Shown: positions 1 through 12,985, counted from the first letter of the stretch. The stretch: DNA of 64,000 nucleotides from Ylistrum balloti (GCF_031769215.1 NW_026782359.1:310001-374000); one strand, 5' to 3'. The notes: generated by a model not told the origin, from the sequence alone. A program made the numbers and translations.

Positions 1-2135
1 AATGATCAGTTGTAACTGATAATCAAAATTAACTATTTTTGTATTTGACGAATTTTACGTCCTAGAGGACCAGTTGTGAATGAAGAGAAAGAGGGTGGAT
101 ATTCTAATCTATATGAATTATGAATTTCGATATGATGATAATATTTTTAAAAAATCATTTTAAATTTCGTGATCAATAGTCATTAATGCTAACCTAACCC
201 TAACCTCTGGACCGTTGTTATCCCGCTTGCATTTTTGAAGAACTGCATAGGGATGTAAATCTCCTTTCAGTGTCTGTCTGCCAACTGTATACTCCTTACA
301 TCAACAATATCCACACTTTATGTAAATCCACACCGTTCATGGCATCAAGCAACTATTCAAATTCCGACATTAAAATATTTATGGGTTATGATTGTGAGGT
401 TAGTATTTGGAAGGTTAAAATACTTTACAATTAAAATTGGTTGATAAATTAGATTTGAAAGGAGGTTATCTGTTGAGGAGGGGGCGGGGGTATTAAATGA
501 CAAGCATAAGAAAAAACATCAATGATTTTTACAACAACCCAGCTGTATCTCTACAGTGCCAAAGTTTCGGGCAGAGATTATCGTGCCTGGAGTTGTATAA
601 GTATTACAATGTGTTGGCTTTGAAAAAACTAAATATGTGAGTTTGTAAGTATTACTGCTGCATCCCTTACAGCGCTCTAGGTTTTAGCCCGAGTCTCCAT
701 TCTGTTCTCATATCCTGTGAAATATCGTGTTTATGATGTTGAATTTTGTTGCAAACTTATTAATGTGCACAATTTTAGTAGCGAGCATTCTGCTCGGACA
801 TCCGGGGACACAATCGCCCCGATGTCAAGTCCTGGGGATGGGGCACAGAGTAGGGGACCTCAGACCTCCTGAAGCGTCAGTAATCACCAATTAATGGAAG
901 GATCGATAAACAAATATATAGAATGATATTTTATAATCAGATCCTCCAATTAAAGAAAAGGCCAACTACCGTGACTTTGTCACAACCAACCATAAATCAT
1001 AACACTCTATCTAGCTAATTTTATCAGCCATCAGGGATAATTAATTACTCGTAAGAAAAAGGAAATCTTTAAAATATAGCTGAAACTTTTATGAAAACAA
1101 ATTTCATTGAAAGCCGTTAAAAGTGCAAATACTTAATTTATACAGTGACTTATTTGAGATGCAGTACGTAAAGAATAAAACAAGACTGCATCAGAAAAGC
1201 TCGTTTATTAAAATACTGAAGTACGAATGCATGTGTTCCAGAGAAATAAATAACCTGCAAAAACATGTATTTCATGTGAGGAAACATTTTCAAAACATTA
1301 GCATAGCAATAATTAATTCAACGGTGACTGTCAAGAGTAAACACTGGGTGGTTTGGTGGTAGTGATTTATAGCCCTGAAGTTCTCTTCACAAATTATTAA
1401 TGGTGTTAAATAGGAAATGCGAGGTAAACCATAAAAAAGTATACAACCATGGCTAACCAAAAACAGGAACGTTGTCAGGTTTTTTTCAGTCCCTTCTGAT
1501 CAATAGCATCACCTGTAAACATTCGGTCAATTTTTATCGGCATTTGTTATTAAAACTAAATCGCCGAGCACTTCCCTTTTCATGCTAGTTAAAGTTCCAT
1601 AACATCCAGTTATAAACGAAGTTGTTTCAAGATGTTATCGTAGTAATACAATGACAACCCTGTAGGCACACGCTTCTATGTAAGAGCGGTTTGTAGTTAT
1701 TAAGTATATAAAATAACAAAATCTGGAACCATCGCATAAATAAACAAAATGTACAAAAATAACCATATCTCTTGTCTATCATTAATATTCAAGGTATGCT
1801 TCGTATACAAACTCATGATCAATTTCAACAGACAGATGGGTTTCTATTTGGCCTTGCACTACGCGCAGTAAAACGAATACAAATGCTTGTGTTACAGGCT
1901 AGGATTAATACAATATACATTTCATTACGATATGTGTTGTGAGCGAAACAATTGCACGAAAAATACAAAAGTGACAGATGTTCATGCCGATCGTTGTCTA
2001 CAGTTAATCGTTAGCTGTCACAGTTTCCTTACCAACATTCCTGACATAAAGACACTTCTCGCCATTTTCATCACTACAGTTACTGTGTAATTAGATGAAT
2101 ATACTTTTAGCTATAACTACAAAATAATGGCAGGC

Positions 2136-3629
2136 TCACCTGCGTCTGCACAACTCGTTCTTAAAGACAATCTTGTGAAAGGCGTTGCGGAACTCCCTGT
2201 TGAACACTGTGTATATGATTGGGTTGAGGGCTGAGTTACAATATCCAGCCCAGAAGAAAACGTTAAACACTACAACAGGGATACAGTAGCCACACAGAGA
2301 AGAGATAATGTACAAAGTGAAGAACGGAAACCAACACAAAACGAATGCCGCCATTACAAGTCCTAAAACAATCGTCGCGCGCCTTTCTCGCGCTTTTGCT
2401 AACTTCTTTTTCTGCTTTTCTAATTCACTCATTACGTCATTTTCTTTTGGCGTGTCTTTCTTCGTGGAACTGTTATCTTTTTTAGTTTTGTTTGCCGGAG
2501 TAGGTTGTTTACAAACCTCTGTTTTGGTTTCTCCGTTGTCGGTTCTCGTAACGGACACCATTTTCTCGTTTCCCTGCTTACTGATGGTCCCGTTCAAAGC
2601 CACTTCTTCACCATTGTTGCTCCTAAAATCACTATCGATTTTATCGTCTTTATTTTCTAATGAATTAGCGGGAATTAATTTGGTCATCTCATCCGGATTC
2701 GACCCGTCCCCATTGTTTGGGACATCCTTTTCGACCACTTCGGCCGTAGGAATGGGTTTATCATACATTGGCCATGTACTCTCGTCATCCGAATGAGCTG
2801 TAGCACAGTCCATGATTTTTCGCGTACTTACATCCGGTTTGACCGTCTCAATAGGGCCCATCATCGGTTTCAACTCTTGCTTATCAGCCGCCTTATCGTT
2901 TTTAGCCGCTTTCTTTTTCTGTTCTTTCTTCTTGATGTCTTTCCTGTTGCCCCGCCTTGCCCTCAATTTCGCCTTTCGATAGATTTGGAAGTAAACCATA
3001 ACCATGATGACCGCTGGGATATAAAAAGATCCCATTGCAGAATATATGATATATCCTGTTTCCGAACTAAGCAGACATAATGGATACTCCGTAACTTTAA
3101 GAGGATTTTTCCAGCCAATCAGAGGAGGAACACAGATTACAGTTGATAATACCCAGACTGAAGCCATCATGAGGACAGCTCGTCCCGGCGTTCTAAAGTG
3201 TGTATAAGTTAGGGCTCGTGTGATGCAGAAATATCGGTCAATACTGATGAGACAAATGTTTAGTATTGAAGCTGTACACAGAAATACGTCAATTGTTTTC
3301 CACAAGTCACACCAAACCGGACCAAAATACCAGTATCCCATCACCTCGTTAGCCAGTGAAAAGGGCATGATGACGAGACCTAATAGTGAATCCGCTAGGG
3401 CGAGAGAGGCTATGAACCAGTTCTGTATAGTTTTAAGGTTACGGTCTGTAAATACTGCAACAACGACTAGGAGGTTCCCGAAGATGATGAGGATGATAAT
3501 GATTGAGACGATAATGACGGTGACGATGAGGTGAGGTAGATCATAACCTTTAGGTCCTGAAGAATCAGACGCATTTGTCGCTGACATGTTTAATGCCACG
3601 TCATGTGTTATTTCTGAAACAAGCGGCAT
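2136..3629 (-). CDS. ADRA2-like: Intronless class A aminergic GPCR, alpha2-adrenergic-type (invertebrate alpha2-adrenoceptor / Oct-alpha2R class)
   Basis: 497-aa ORF with 7 TM segments and canonical motifs: GNLLVV (TM1), LALAD (TM2), C3.25 and D3.32 in WCDLWKTIDVFLCTAS, DRY, TM5 YSAMGSFYIP (S5.42, S5.46), TM6 CWFPFFTLY (F6.51, F6.52, Y6.55), TM7 FFWAGYCNSALNPIIY, helix 8 FNREFRNAF. Long ICL3 ending RERRATIVLG, short C-tail with Cys, and N-terminal sequons NMS and NAS. Y6.55, FFWxGYCNSxLNPxIYTxFN and the short tail match alpha2 receptors. Confidence 0.92.
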   Translation of the reverse strand: MPLVSEITHDVALNMSATNASDSSGPKGYDLPHLIVTVIIVSIIIILIIFGNLLVVVAVFTDRNLKTIQNWFIASLALADSLLGLVIMPFSLANEVMGYWYFGPVWCDLWKTIDVFLCTASILNICLISIDRYFCITRALTYTHFRTPGRAVLMMASVWVLSTVICVPPLIGWKNPLKVTEYPLCLLSSETGYIIYSAMGSFYIPAVIMVMVYFQIYRKAKLRARRGNRKDIKKKEQKKKAAKNDKAADKQELKPMMGPIETVKPDVSTRKIMDCATAHSDDESTWPMYDKPIPTAEVVEKDVPNNGDGSNPDEMTKLIPANSLENKDDKIDSDFRSNNGEEVALNGTISKQGNEKMVSVTRTDNGETKTEVCKQPTPANKTKKDNSSTKKDTPKENDVMSELEKQKKKLAKARERRATIVLGLVMAAFVLCWFPFFTLYIISSLCGYCIPVVVFNVFFWAGYCNSALNPIIYTVFNREFRNAFHKIVFKNELCRRR

Positions 3630-4607
3630 TGTTAGTACGTCTATTTACTCAGCAACACGTAAAACAAAACTAGATACAGCCAGAAACCAGAAACTGGAGC
3701 AAATTTGATACAGTAGGTCACTTTATCTGTTAAATCAGGGTGATTTCATTATCCGTGTTGAACTGGAGGCGCCACCTATATTCGTCTGTTGAACAATTCT
3801 TCTACAGTTAATATTGCAGTCAATAATTCAAGAAAACGCTGTGCCAAACACTGCGGCGATATATCTGTTAATTAATCGGGTATATTAAAAACAGAGCCAG
3901 ATATATACAAATCAGATCAAACCGTTGGCTGTTGTTGTAATAAGAAGTTACAATCTATTAGATTTCAGTCTGGCACTATCTCCCCAGCAGAGTTGATGAA
4001 CGTCTGGAAGTTGATACGGAATAAAAGGCCGATAAAGGACTGTAAGAGGATTTAGTTGTTTAGCTTGTAAGTATTATTACGTTGCTGCTGGTATTTCCTG
4101 ATAGTAATACACATGAAAGGGACTAAACTCTAGCGAGCCATTGACAAACCCTGGTTTACAATGTTGTGCCAAGGATTTCTTCCGAAAGATGATCATTCCT
4201 CTATGTTATAAGATAGCGATGAAGTGCTACTCAGCCACAACGAGATAATGCTCATTGTAAACTACACTGTTATGGAGAAAACATAAGATAACAATTCTAA
4301 TGGATCATTCCAGGATTAAGGTCGTTTTTGTAAGACTCAGTGTTGGCCAAACTTGTTTTTTTTCTTCAGTTAATGCAGATCCAGAGCCGATATCGTTAGC
4401 TCCTCACGTATCCTTTAGCATCCTTCCGAGCGTAATGTGTGACCTAAAATGTATTTACCAGAAAGGTGTTGATTTTCGTTTTGCTGAAATACTAAAATGC
4501 TTTTAGATTCCAGGATATGGACCACTTGAAGATTCGCTGCATGTTGCTTAAATTTGATTTCGATTTCCACTGCATTTGTTTTCAGGCCCAAAACAACGCT
4601 GTTCTAC

Positions 4608-4628
4608 CTGAAAATAAAAAAAAAACAA
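4608..4628 (-). promoter_or_regulatory. Candidate 3' splice acceptor for the receptor's coding exon (5'UTR intron)
   Basis: The minus strand reads a long T-rich tract ending TTTTATTTTCAG|GTAGAAC, so the exon would start at 4607. A weaker alternative acceptor (TTTCTGGCTGTATCTAG|) would start the exon at 3669. Motif evidence only. Confidence 0.4.
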
Positions 4629-5801
4629 TGATTGAGCATTGGTTTTAAACGAAATCTAATTTGGAATCGAGTAAGGAGACAGGCATGAAGCATTTCTGAT
4701 TAAAAATCAACGGCGGAAAAACCAACGTGTCAACATGACCATAATCCAATCTTAAATTTAAGAAAACTATGTTCAAAAGATAGAATTACACTAAGACTCC
4801 TGAAAAGTACAAGGAAAATAAAACTTTGTGCTCCAGAAGAGTAAGCGTCTTCTGCTTCATCGACGACACACTGAATGTAAATCGTGGCCAAATCACAGTA
4901 CGTCATGCAACGTTCTCAAATGAGAACATGGTATACAACAACGTAGCCAACAAGCAAACTAACGTCCATTTTCATATCGTTCAAAGATAATATTTCTCAA
5001 CGAGATTACTATGGCGACCATAAAGCTTCCGCATCAACCTGCATCTTTTGAACCCTTGTGTTACGAGTTTATTTGTCAGTTGTTGACTTCCTGCACGAAA
5101 ATCGTTATAATATAGAAATGTGGCAAAGATATTTATCTATTATATGTATTTACTAACTCATGAATGTTTGGTACTCATCATTTTGAATAATATGTACAAA
5201 AATCGTGAATTTTCCAACCAACCTTGACATTCTTAGCAACCATTTCATCAGAAGGAAGTACTCAACCTGCCAATTTTGCCCCAGTTTTAATGAATTTAAG
5301 TTTGAATATCACCTTTTGATATCAATTAAGAGTTAGTTACTGTAAAGAAAAACAAGGAATTAAACTACCCAATACAGTTGTTTCGTCTTCTATGACTCGA
5401 CAGTGATGCTAAAGGCTTTGAAGCCTAAGAGGTGAATGAGGACAATCCAAAGTGAAATCGAAAGAAAAGTGGAAATCTAGACGGAAGGTGCAGCAGCCAT
5501 TATTTAATAAATTTCATAATTTTTATGTGTCAGATAATTTTAGAACAACGTCATGTATATTCTCGGGACTAAAAGGCCACCAGTAGTGTCTTAGACCTGC
5601 TATCTCAAAGATTCATAATGTAGGTGACAGCGCAGAGGCGAAACTTATCTGATATATGAAAATTACGAAATTTAATTTGGGGGCGGCTGCATCAGCCGCT
5701 TTACTAAGTTTTCATCTACAACGCAACCAACCGGTGCAGATTGCTATTATACTGTATTGTATAATAAGTGTGGTATTAATTTCTAGATTAGTGTAATTAC
5801 A

Positions 5802-6030
5802 GGTCCCGAGAACGGTGCTCCATTGGTTTTGATTGTCTAGATAACCAGGACTCTACATCTAGGTTAAGGGTTCGAGTCCTACGTTGGACAGTTGTCAAGT
5901 ACTGCCAGTTACTATGTTTTGGCAACATGTAAGTGTTTTTTCTCCGGGAACTCCGGCTTTCTTCTACCATCAAAACCTGACACATCCTTTAATGACATTG
6001 GTTGTTAAAAGAACATGAAAAGCATTTAAC
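5802..6030 (+). mobile_element. tRNA-derived SINE with V-domain-like core
   Basis: B-box GGTTCGAGTCC at 5869-5879 with a degenerate A-box upstream. GTTTTTTCTCCGGGAACTCCGGCTTTCTTCTACC (5935-5968) resembles the V-SINE core GGTTTTCTCCGGGTACTCCGGTTTCCTCC. It ends in a 3' tail AATGACATTGGTTGTTAAAAG and an A-rich stretch. Confidence 0.7.
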
Positions 6031-7709
6031 AATGTCCGAAGTATCATATTCTCTGCCAAAGATGTCGTGATCAGATAATGCAACTAACAACACAGGGTTT
6101 CGAGTGGGGCATGCTGATATTAGGATATTTCATTTTTATTAAGAGAATTCCCATGTAAATCTTTCCTTTGTTGATTTTCATGTTTTATATGGATAAGGTG
6201 CGTGCGTTATACCCAATAACACTCAGTGACCCCGGTATTTGTCTCTCCTGAAATATCCGTACCCAGCGAAATGTAGTATTCTCTGTCGCACTAATTTACC
6301 AGGTGGCATTGGTTTTTGCCTTTGAGACCACAAAGTTCTGCGCTGTAGAATTACAGCGAGAAGATAGTTTTCATTGGTAAAGAGCTTCCTTGGGATTGTC
6401 TGTTATTGATTGTGGCTGATGGGATTAGTACCTTTCCTGTCATGTTTCAGCGATTATTGCTTGGCCCTCATAAAATCTTGTGGTGCCGAAAATTCAATGA
6501 TGAACACCATTGTATGCTTTCTAATTTCATGTCAATAACAATCACTTTCACTCATGATGTCTGCTAGAATGCTGAATTTTCCTTTTTAGCGGTCACTTTA
6601 GAATGTAAATATTTTTGTTAATTCTTTTCATGACAGCTTTATTTTGTTTCGTATGAGAGATTTGTTCTTGTTCACTTGGCCTGAATGAAAACTTCAATAT
6701 TGCTTTCGACATCTGACTCAACACGTGGTAGACATCTTTGTCTGTCGAGAGTTTATATCTTATATATTCAGATATGGTATAATGGAAGATATTTAAGCAT
6801 ATCCCGCATTATTGCTGCATTTACTATCTATCATGAAATTGGTACGGAATTCGGTGTCTGGGGTGATTCTGCAAATGTTAAAACTTATTATCTGAGTAAC
6901 GGGAAAGTGAATAAAAACGGATTCAACATAAATTAATGTTTCATGTGAGATTAATGTTGAAATGAAATTGTGGTAAATTTTAATCTTTTTTTTCCAACTG
7001 GCAAGAATGTTTCCGAAAAACTTTCTCCTGGATAAATTTGACAACATGTCAGATTTTAAATCGAAGTTTTTTTTTCATAACAAAACAAACAACAAATGGA
7101 TGAAATGAGGACAATTACGAAGAAAAGCGAGAGCACTACTGAAGAATCAATCAATCAACACTGAATCGGGCAATAATGTGTTAGATATGTCCAGTTATTA
7201 CCTGTAACAACGAAGCAGCTAAATAGCCACATGTCATATACATGTATATTATATAATGTTTCCTGTATGCGTACCAATTCTAGACTGTTATTATATCGAA
7301 AAGTCAAATGAGCACAATTTGTATGGCTATTAGTGTAGGCATAACATTTCTATAGACTACCATTAGAATATTTACTCCCAAAGGAAGAATCACCGGTGTT
7401 CATTGAAAAGACAACACCTGCCTGTGGATGGAATTATTCATGTATCATGGCAAAAATAATGTTTGTCCCAATCGATTTGTCCTTCAACAGCATTTAACCT
7501 TAATATTTCTAAATCATAATCTCATACAACCCTTAATGTTACAATTGCCCCTGAAACCATTGGGTTTCTAGCAATCCTACTTAAAAAGAAAAGAACACAT
7601 TTTCAATATTATGAAATAATTCTAATATCCTGATGCTAGACGAAAATGTTAAATGTCAACACAATCTATTGTTAAACCAAATTTTATGGAGATAAAAACG
7701 AGTACAAAC

Positions 7710-8150
7710 TTATGAGTAAAACAAATCCATAGATACCCAGCACAAGGTGAGTAAGACCAGATGCTTGAAGGATATACTTCTTATGGTTCTTATTTTATAT
7801 AGGTAAGCAATATCACGTTCTCCAAAGAGAAAGAGGTTAACAGTAACGTAGATTAAACACGTCCACATTGATATCACAGAAAAAGAAATCGAATATTTCC
7901 CAAATAATTCTGACGACCGTGAAACTTTCCCGTAATCTCTAAAGCTGTATCCCTCGAAAACTTGTGTTAGCCCGTCAGGTGTTGACATCTTGCCCAAGAA
8001 CCATGATATAAGAAAAAACGTCTATGGATCCGAAACGGTAGTCATAAAGATATGTTTACGACAATGTAGGATATTACAACCAGATAGCAGCATATCTATT
8101 ATTATTTTAAAACAACACCAATATACTGACATTGATTCACATGTTGACCA
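7710..8150 (-). mobile_element. Degenerate Penelope-like retroelement fragment (end of RT region plus 3' motif)
   Basis: Frameshifted minus-strand translation gives ARCQHLT, GKFHGRQ, ELFGKYSISFSV and INVDVF. These resemble the PLE ORF tail (R..LT.KL..QG...RKFYGRH.ELV.KY.ISV). Followed by a GCTTACC..AAGCATCTGGTCTTACTC motif. Recognised by eye. Confidence 0.5.
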
Positions 8151-11100
8151 AATTATTGTACATTATAATCTCCAAATTAACATACTTACCCTCATTCGCA
8201 CAGTAATATCCCAAAGGAAAAAATTATAGATTTGTATTTATTTCTATACAAAGGCCTTCCAACACTGTTTACATTACATGAGTTTGTATGGTACACATGT
8301 GCACATCAGCTTAAACTTGACAGTATGGTCCTCATTGTTAATGTTGGTGTTGTTTATAAATGAAAATTGAATATTAAACAGAATAAGAAATAATTTGATA
8401 AACTTCGATAGCTAAGCAAATATGAGAAATGGTTACATATTTACCCGATGATGGAAAAATTCCTGTGACATTGAATGTTCAACCACAGAACAATTGCTCT
8501 CTTTATTTCATACCGGAGGCACGGTTAAATAGTGTAAAACATGATACGATGCAGTGAAATCTAATTGCTCCTTGTGGAGATCGAATTGCATTTTCCCGGA
8601 TTGTCCGAAAAAGATAACATGATGCAGAAAACGAAAGTATGTACATATATACACACTATAGGCAGAATAGAGACTGCCATAGCTATTGATCCGTAATATA
8701 GAAGTCATTTTGCTCATTTGCATTATAGCAGTCTGATGTTTATCCATAATTGATGATATGCAATCGATTGGGTTATTTAATGATTAGTGAAATGGCAAGG
8801 TGAAGAGACCTTTAATGCCAAATAAGTTGTTTAAAGTTCAATACCGTATTTGTCTATACTGTATCCAATTTTTGTTTTGAAATATTCTATTCGTTTGCTA
8901 TTCCAACAAAACAGTTGATGGATGCACGCATATATGTTGGTGATTGAAATCACGAAGTTACAAAAAAAAGTTTCTTGGCATTCTTCCATGACAAAGTTGA
9001 TTATGTGTTGTGTAGAGCATGGCTAAGCTCGGGTTACACTAGTCATTTCCACAGTCTCTCAGTTCTTTGACAGGATCGTCTGATTTCGAGATTACCTGCC
9101 ACACAGGCTAAGAGCTATACATCAGATTGAGGAAAACTGATAAAAATTATTTTGCAAAAAACGATGTATAATACAAAAACATCTACATTTGAATAATTGG
9201 ACTCGCTTCAGTTTTGTACGTGGTAATTGCTGCCGATGTTAATTTGACTGCGTGCAATTTTACCTTCATTCACGTATACATTGGGTAACTTCTGTCAGAC
9301 GCATAAGTGAAGGAAAGCGTTAGTGAAAGTCAGTGAGCCGGAAGGATATTTGATTTGCAAAGAATTTCGATGTTATTTCACAAACACAATATCGGAATGA
9401 TAACATTCTGGATGAAATAAACATCTGCTTTCTATTGGAGGTATATACTATAATTGAAATTAAAAACAAATTGACAATCCTGTTTATGCCTGATGTGTAC
9501 AATAACAATACGTTCTACTAAAGGCTTACGACATCCAAACACCAGGGCTCAAGTCTTAATCAATTTGCCACGTGACACGACCTTGGTTATTTTCAAGATG
9601 AAACAACCCTGACAATAGTACGTTTACTACATAATCTATCCCTAAGAATGTAACGTATTCAACATTTATTACTGACCTTTTTTTTTATTCTTTTAAAGAC
9701 TGAGAATAATAGCGTTATCAAGCAAGTTCATTGCAAGAAAAAATATTTTATTGTCCCACTTTATAACGTGTGCGCGGGAAAGTTATGCTAGGAACAACAT
9801 GTTGTTTCCACTGTATTTCGCATAGTTTTGGCATAGAAATCCTCAAATGCCTAATTAGTTTACAGACCATTTCATTCGTAATGTATTTAACAGAATTAAA
9901 AACTCACACATACCTCTTAAGATGATATCGTACGGATGGTTAAGTTCCTGAGTCTCTGCAGTCATAAACACTGAAAAGAAAAGGGAATGGCTGTTATCTA
10001 CACATTCGAAACATCTATTTCAAATGTTTTCGTGTTTTATTTTTATATCAATAGAAACGTTTTTGATAACTAAGATACATAAACGTTATATCACACTTTG
10101 AAAAAAATATTATTCTTGTTTAATTTACAATTTCGTAAAATTGTTATAAATGTCTAAAACATAATTAAAAGGAATGAGACAGTTAGCCTTCAGGATAATA
10201 ACATTAATGTTGGGCGCAACGCATATCATGAATTTAAAATCTACTGTTTGGTTCTTGTTTGAAGTAAATATATCTAATTTTTGTACTACTTTAAGTAGGG
10301 TATGTCTAGCTTCAGAATCTACACACGTCATTTTGCTGCTTTAAGAATAATCAAACTTTAGATATTACGGTATTTATTGAATCATGGCGCTGGTGTGACC
10401 CATTTAAGATTAATTCTTGTCACAATTGCCTTCTAACTTTCAACACTTCAGTCGTGGAATACATTTTATTCTTTTACTTGGTTATACACTGTATTATTTT
10501 TTTTTTTATATTAGATGATGATGTTAACTTGTGCATCTTTTCGTACAATGAAAAAAAGTTTTACTGACGGCGGGTCAGTATTAAAGCTTTACCTGTGATG
10601 AAAACTTCTGATGATAAAATAATAGCATAAACAACTCTGCAAATGAAAAGTGTCACCAACTGATAGTTTCCGGTGACAAGACGGATCGACATTTTGTGAC
10701 CCACATTATCAGGGACATCTGTTATTATCTTAGCACTGATCATCGATCGGCCTAGAGCCCAACTTTCATTTCCGCTGTGCATGGACTCATCAATGTTCAA
10801 CGTCATTTCCGGTATCCGCTATTGCCATCGCATTGCTGAATGCATTACCGTCAAACCTCTCCTTATTCCTATCTCAGTAGATTAAAACAAGTAGAACCTA
10901 ACCATTGGAAAGTGTATTATGATACCAGGCGACTGGTGAGATTTCCTCAAGAACTGTTCTCAGAAAATAATACAGAAACAGATTATACAGTACTAACTAA
11001 GTATCATATTCTGACTAACTCCATACGTTCGTTATTATTATATTCATGTCTTTTTAGTATGCAACTGTATAATTCAATTTACGCTATACAAAAATGTAAA

Positions 11101-12299
11101 AATAATGATATAGCCTTTATTTTTTAAGCTCTTTTCCGAGATTTTTGTTTAAACTTGTGTGATAATTGCCAGCTATAAATCGCACAACATTATCCGATAC
11201 AATTAAATGGGTGCCATAAAGCCTGCACATAACGAGAGGTAAATCAAGCTTTTAAAAAACATACAATAACAGCCCGCATCAAAACACTATGCCGAGAATG
11301 TCTGTTTTGTTGAGGTATTTGTAAATTTGTAGTGGGGTATTTTGTTTTTTCAAACCACTATATCTGGGAATGAATTATCCTCTCTTTATTGTAAGCAGGT
11401 TCTATTTATTGTGTTATTGGAAAATATTTTACATTTTAGACGAATCACGTTGGGTTGAAAATCACACTCTGGGGGATATGGATTAGATTGTGTAATACTG
11501 ACTCCCTTGATGAAAACTTTCTATTTCATATTTTCAAAATTCACTTGTTTAAGAAGCCGTTCGCTAATAAAACGGCAATGCATGCGTGCAATAACTTTTA
11601 CTGATTCTTTTAGAATCGGTTTGGATGACATTCAAACATAATACTCCTAAACCTGAACACTTTTACAGGAAATCCCATTGCCACGGATAAAGGCAGAAGC
11701 GGAGAGACCAAAATCTAAGCCTTTACCATACTTTTTGTACTTTCAGACGCTGTGTGTGGTTTACGGCGTCGCCTTCTGATTATTTCATTAAAAGTTACAT
11801 GTAAATTACCAAAACATTTTGCGACACCTGAGTAATTACTCACGGATCAATCACTTGTTATTTCCTGTTTATCATCGATGAAAGATTAAAGTGATTTCAT
11901 TGATTAAAACACAACATAACATACACCTGTTTAGACACCCTTGTTATTCATAATGGGTATTCAATTTGTGAGAAAACTCGATAGCACTGAGGTCACTGCA
12001 GTAGGTTTCAGTCTCAAAGCTTTTCTATAACCGCAGTCTCTTATCACTTACAAAACATCTAACATAATGCTCCGATCCATTGGGATATCATCGAAAATCA
12101 CGAATCTACACCCTGCCTAATAGAAATTGGTCTTCAGATCCTAGGATACAGTTACCGGAGTCATTTTTCAGGAAGTAATTAATTTGGGGAAAAGTTTACT
12201 TTTTAGATACGGAACGGTATATTTAGGCTAAAGATTAATATCATCTTTTGTTATATCAATAAAAAATTATTTCACTCAACCCAACTTATATAAAGGAAA

Positions 12300-12985
12300 T
12301 AAGATATCATTTAGGAACTCATTATTCAATCATGATTACAAGAAGGACATGAACATCTGCATCTGATAAGGGAGGGACGAACAGAACACATGATTTTCTG
12401 ATGGTGGTCTAACAAATCTGATGAATTCCAATTTTAAATATGCCTGGAAATCATCAGTAACTCATAAATAGAACTAGTTAAGGTTTTTTGTTCAAGCTGA
12501 GTTCAGAATTTGACCAAACGTGAAAATAAGATATGGTCAGGACAATCTCAGGTAGCTTAATGTGCGTTTGATATTGATAAAATTAAGAAGGAGTAGCGTT
12601 AACAAGCAAAATATTGTCTAAATTGTCTTTTGGGGCCATCGTCAGATCCCTAAAAGCTGAATCAACATTTAAATTTAAGAATGGCACATTTCTAATAATG
12701 TTTCAGGCGAAATGTGGTTAAAATCAATGGAAGCATTAAGGAGGAGTAGCGTTTTGAAGCAACATATCGAGTAAATTTCACTTTTAAGTCCCCGCCCCCA
12801 AGTCCCTAAAGATGGAATCATTTTTCTTGATTTAAGAAATAATTCCATACCGACATGATATGTCAGACCAAATTTTATCGCAACCCATCCAGACATTATG
12901 TAAGAGTAGTTTAAGGACTTTGGACGGCGGATGATGGAAGATGAACATTAGGTCATCTTGACTCTGCGGGTCACATGACCTAAAA
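12300..12985 (+). mobile_element. Probable non-autonomous Helentron/HINE-like element with internal ~155-bp repeats
   Basis: GAGTAG(C/T) anchors recur at 12591, 12744 and 12904 (spacing 153 and 160), the first two with similar flanks. A GGACGGCGGATGATGG stretch follows, then an imperfect 3' hairpin AGGTCATCTTGAC-TCTGCGG-GTCACATGACCT (12950-12981) and AAAA. The 5' boundary is uncertain. Confidence 0.45.

Noticed and set aside
189-205. Telomere-like CTAACCTAACCCTAACC
   Set aside because: Under three imperfect units, too short to call an interstitial telomere.
1204-1209. Minus-strand AATAAA as the receptor polyadenylation signal
   Set aside because: Plausible, but such hexamers are frequent in AT-rich DNA and cannot be singled out without 3'-end data.
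2308-3534. Plus-strand ORFs of 162, 95 and 104 aa
   Set aside because: Antisense shadows of the GPCR CDS.
5802-5890. tRNA gene
   Set aside because: It has a B-box but no complete cloverleaf and runs into a SINE core. The same applies at about 40020-40080.
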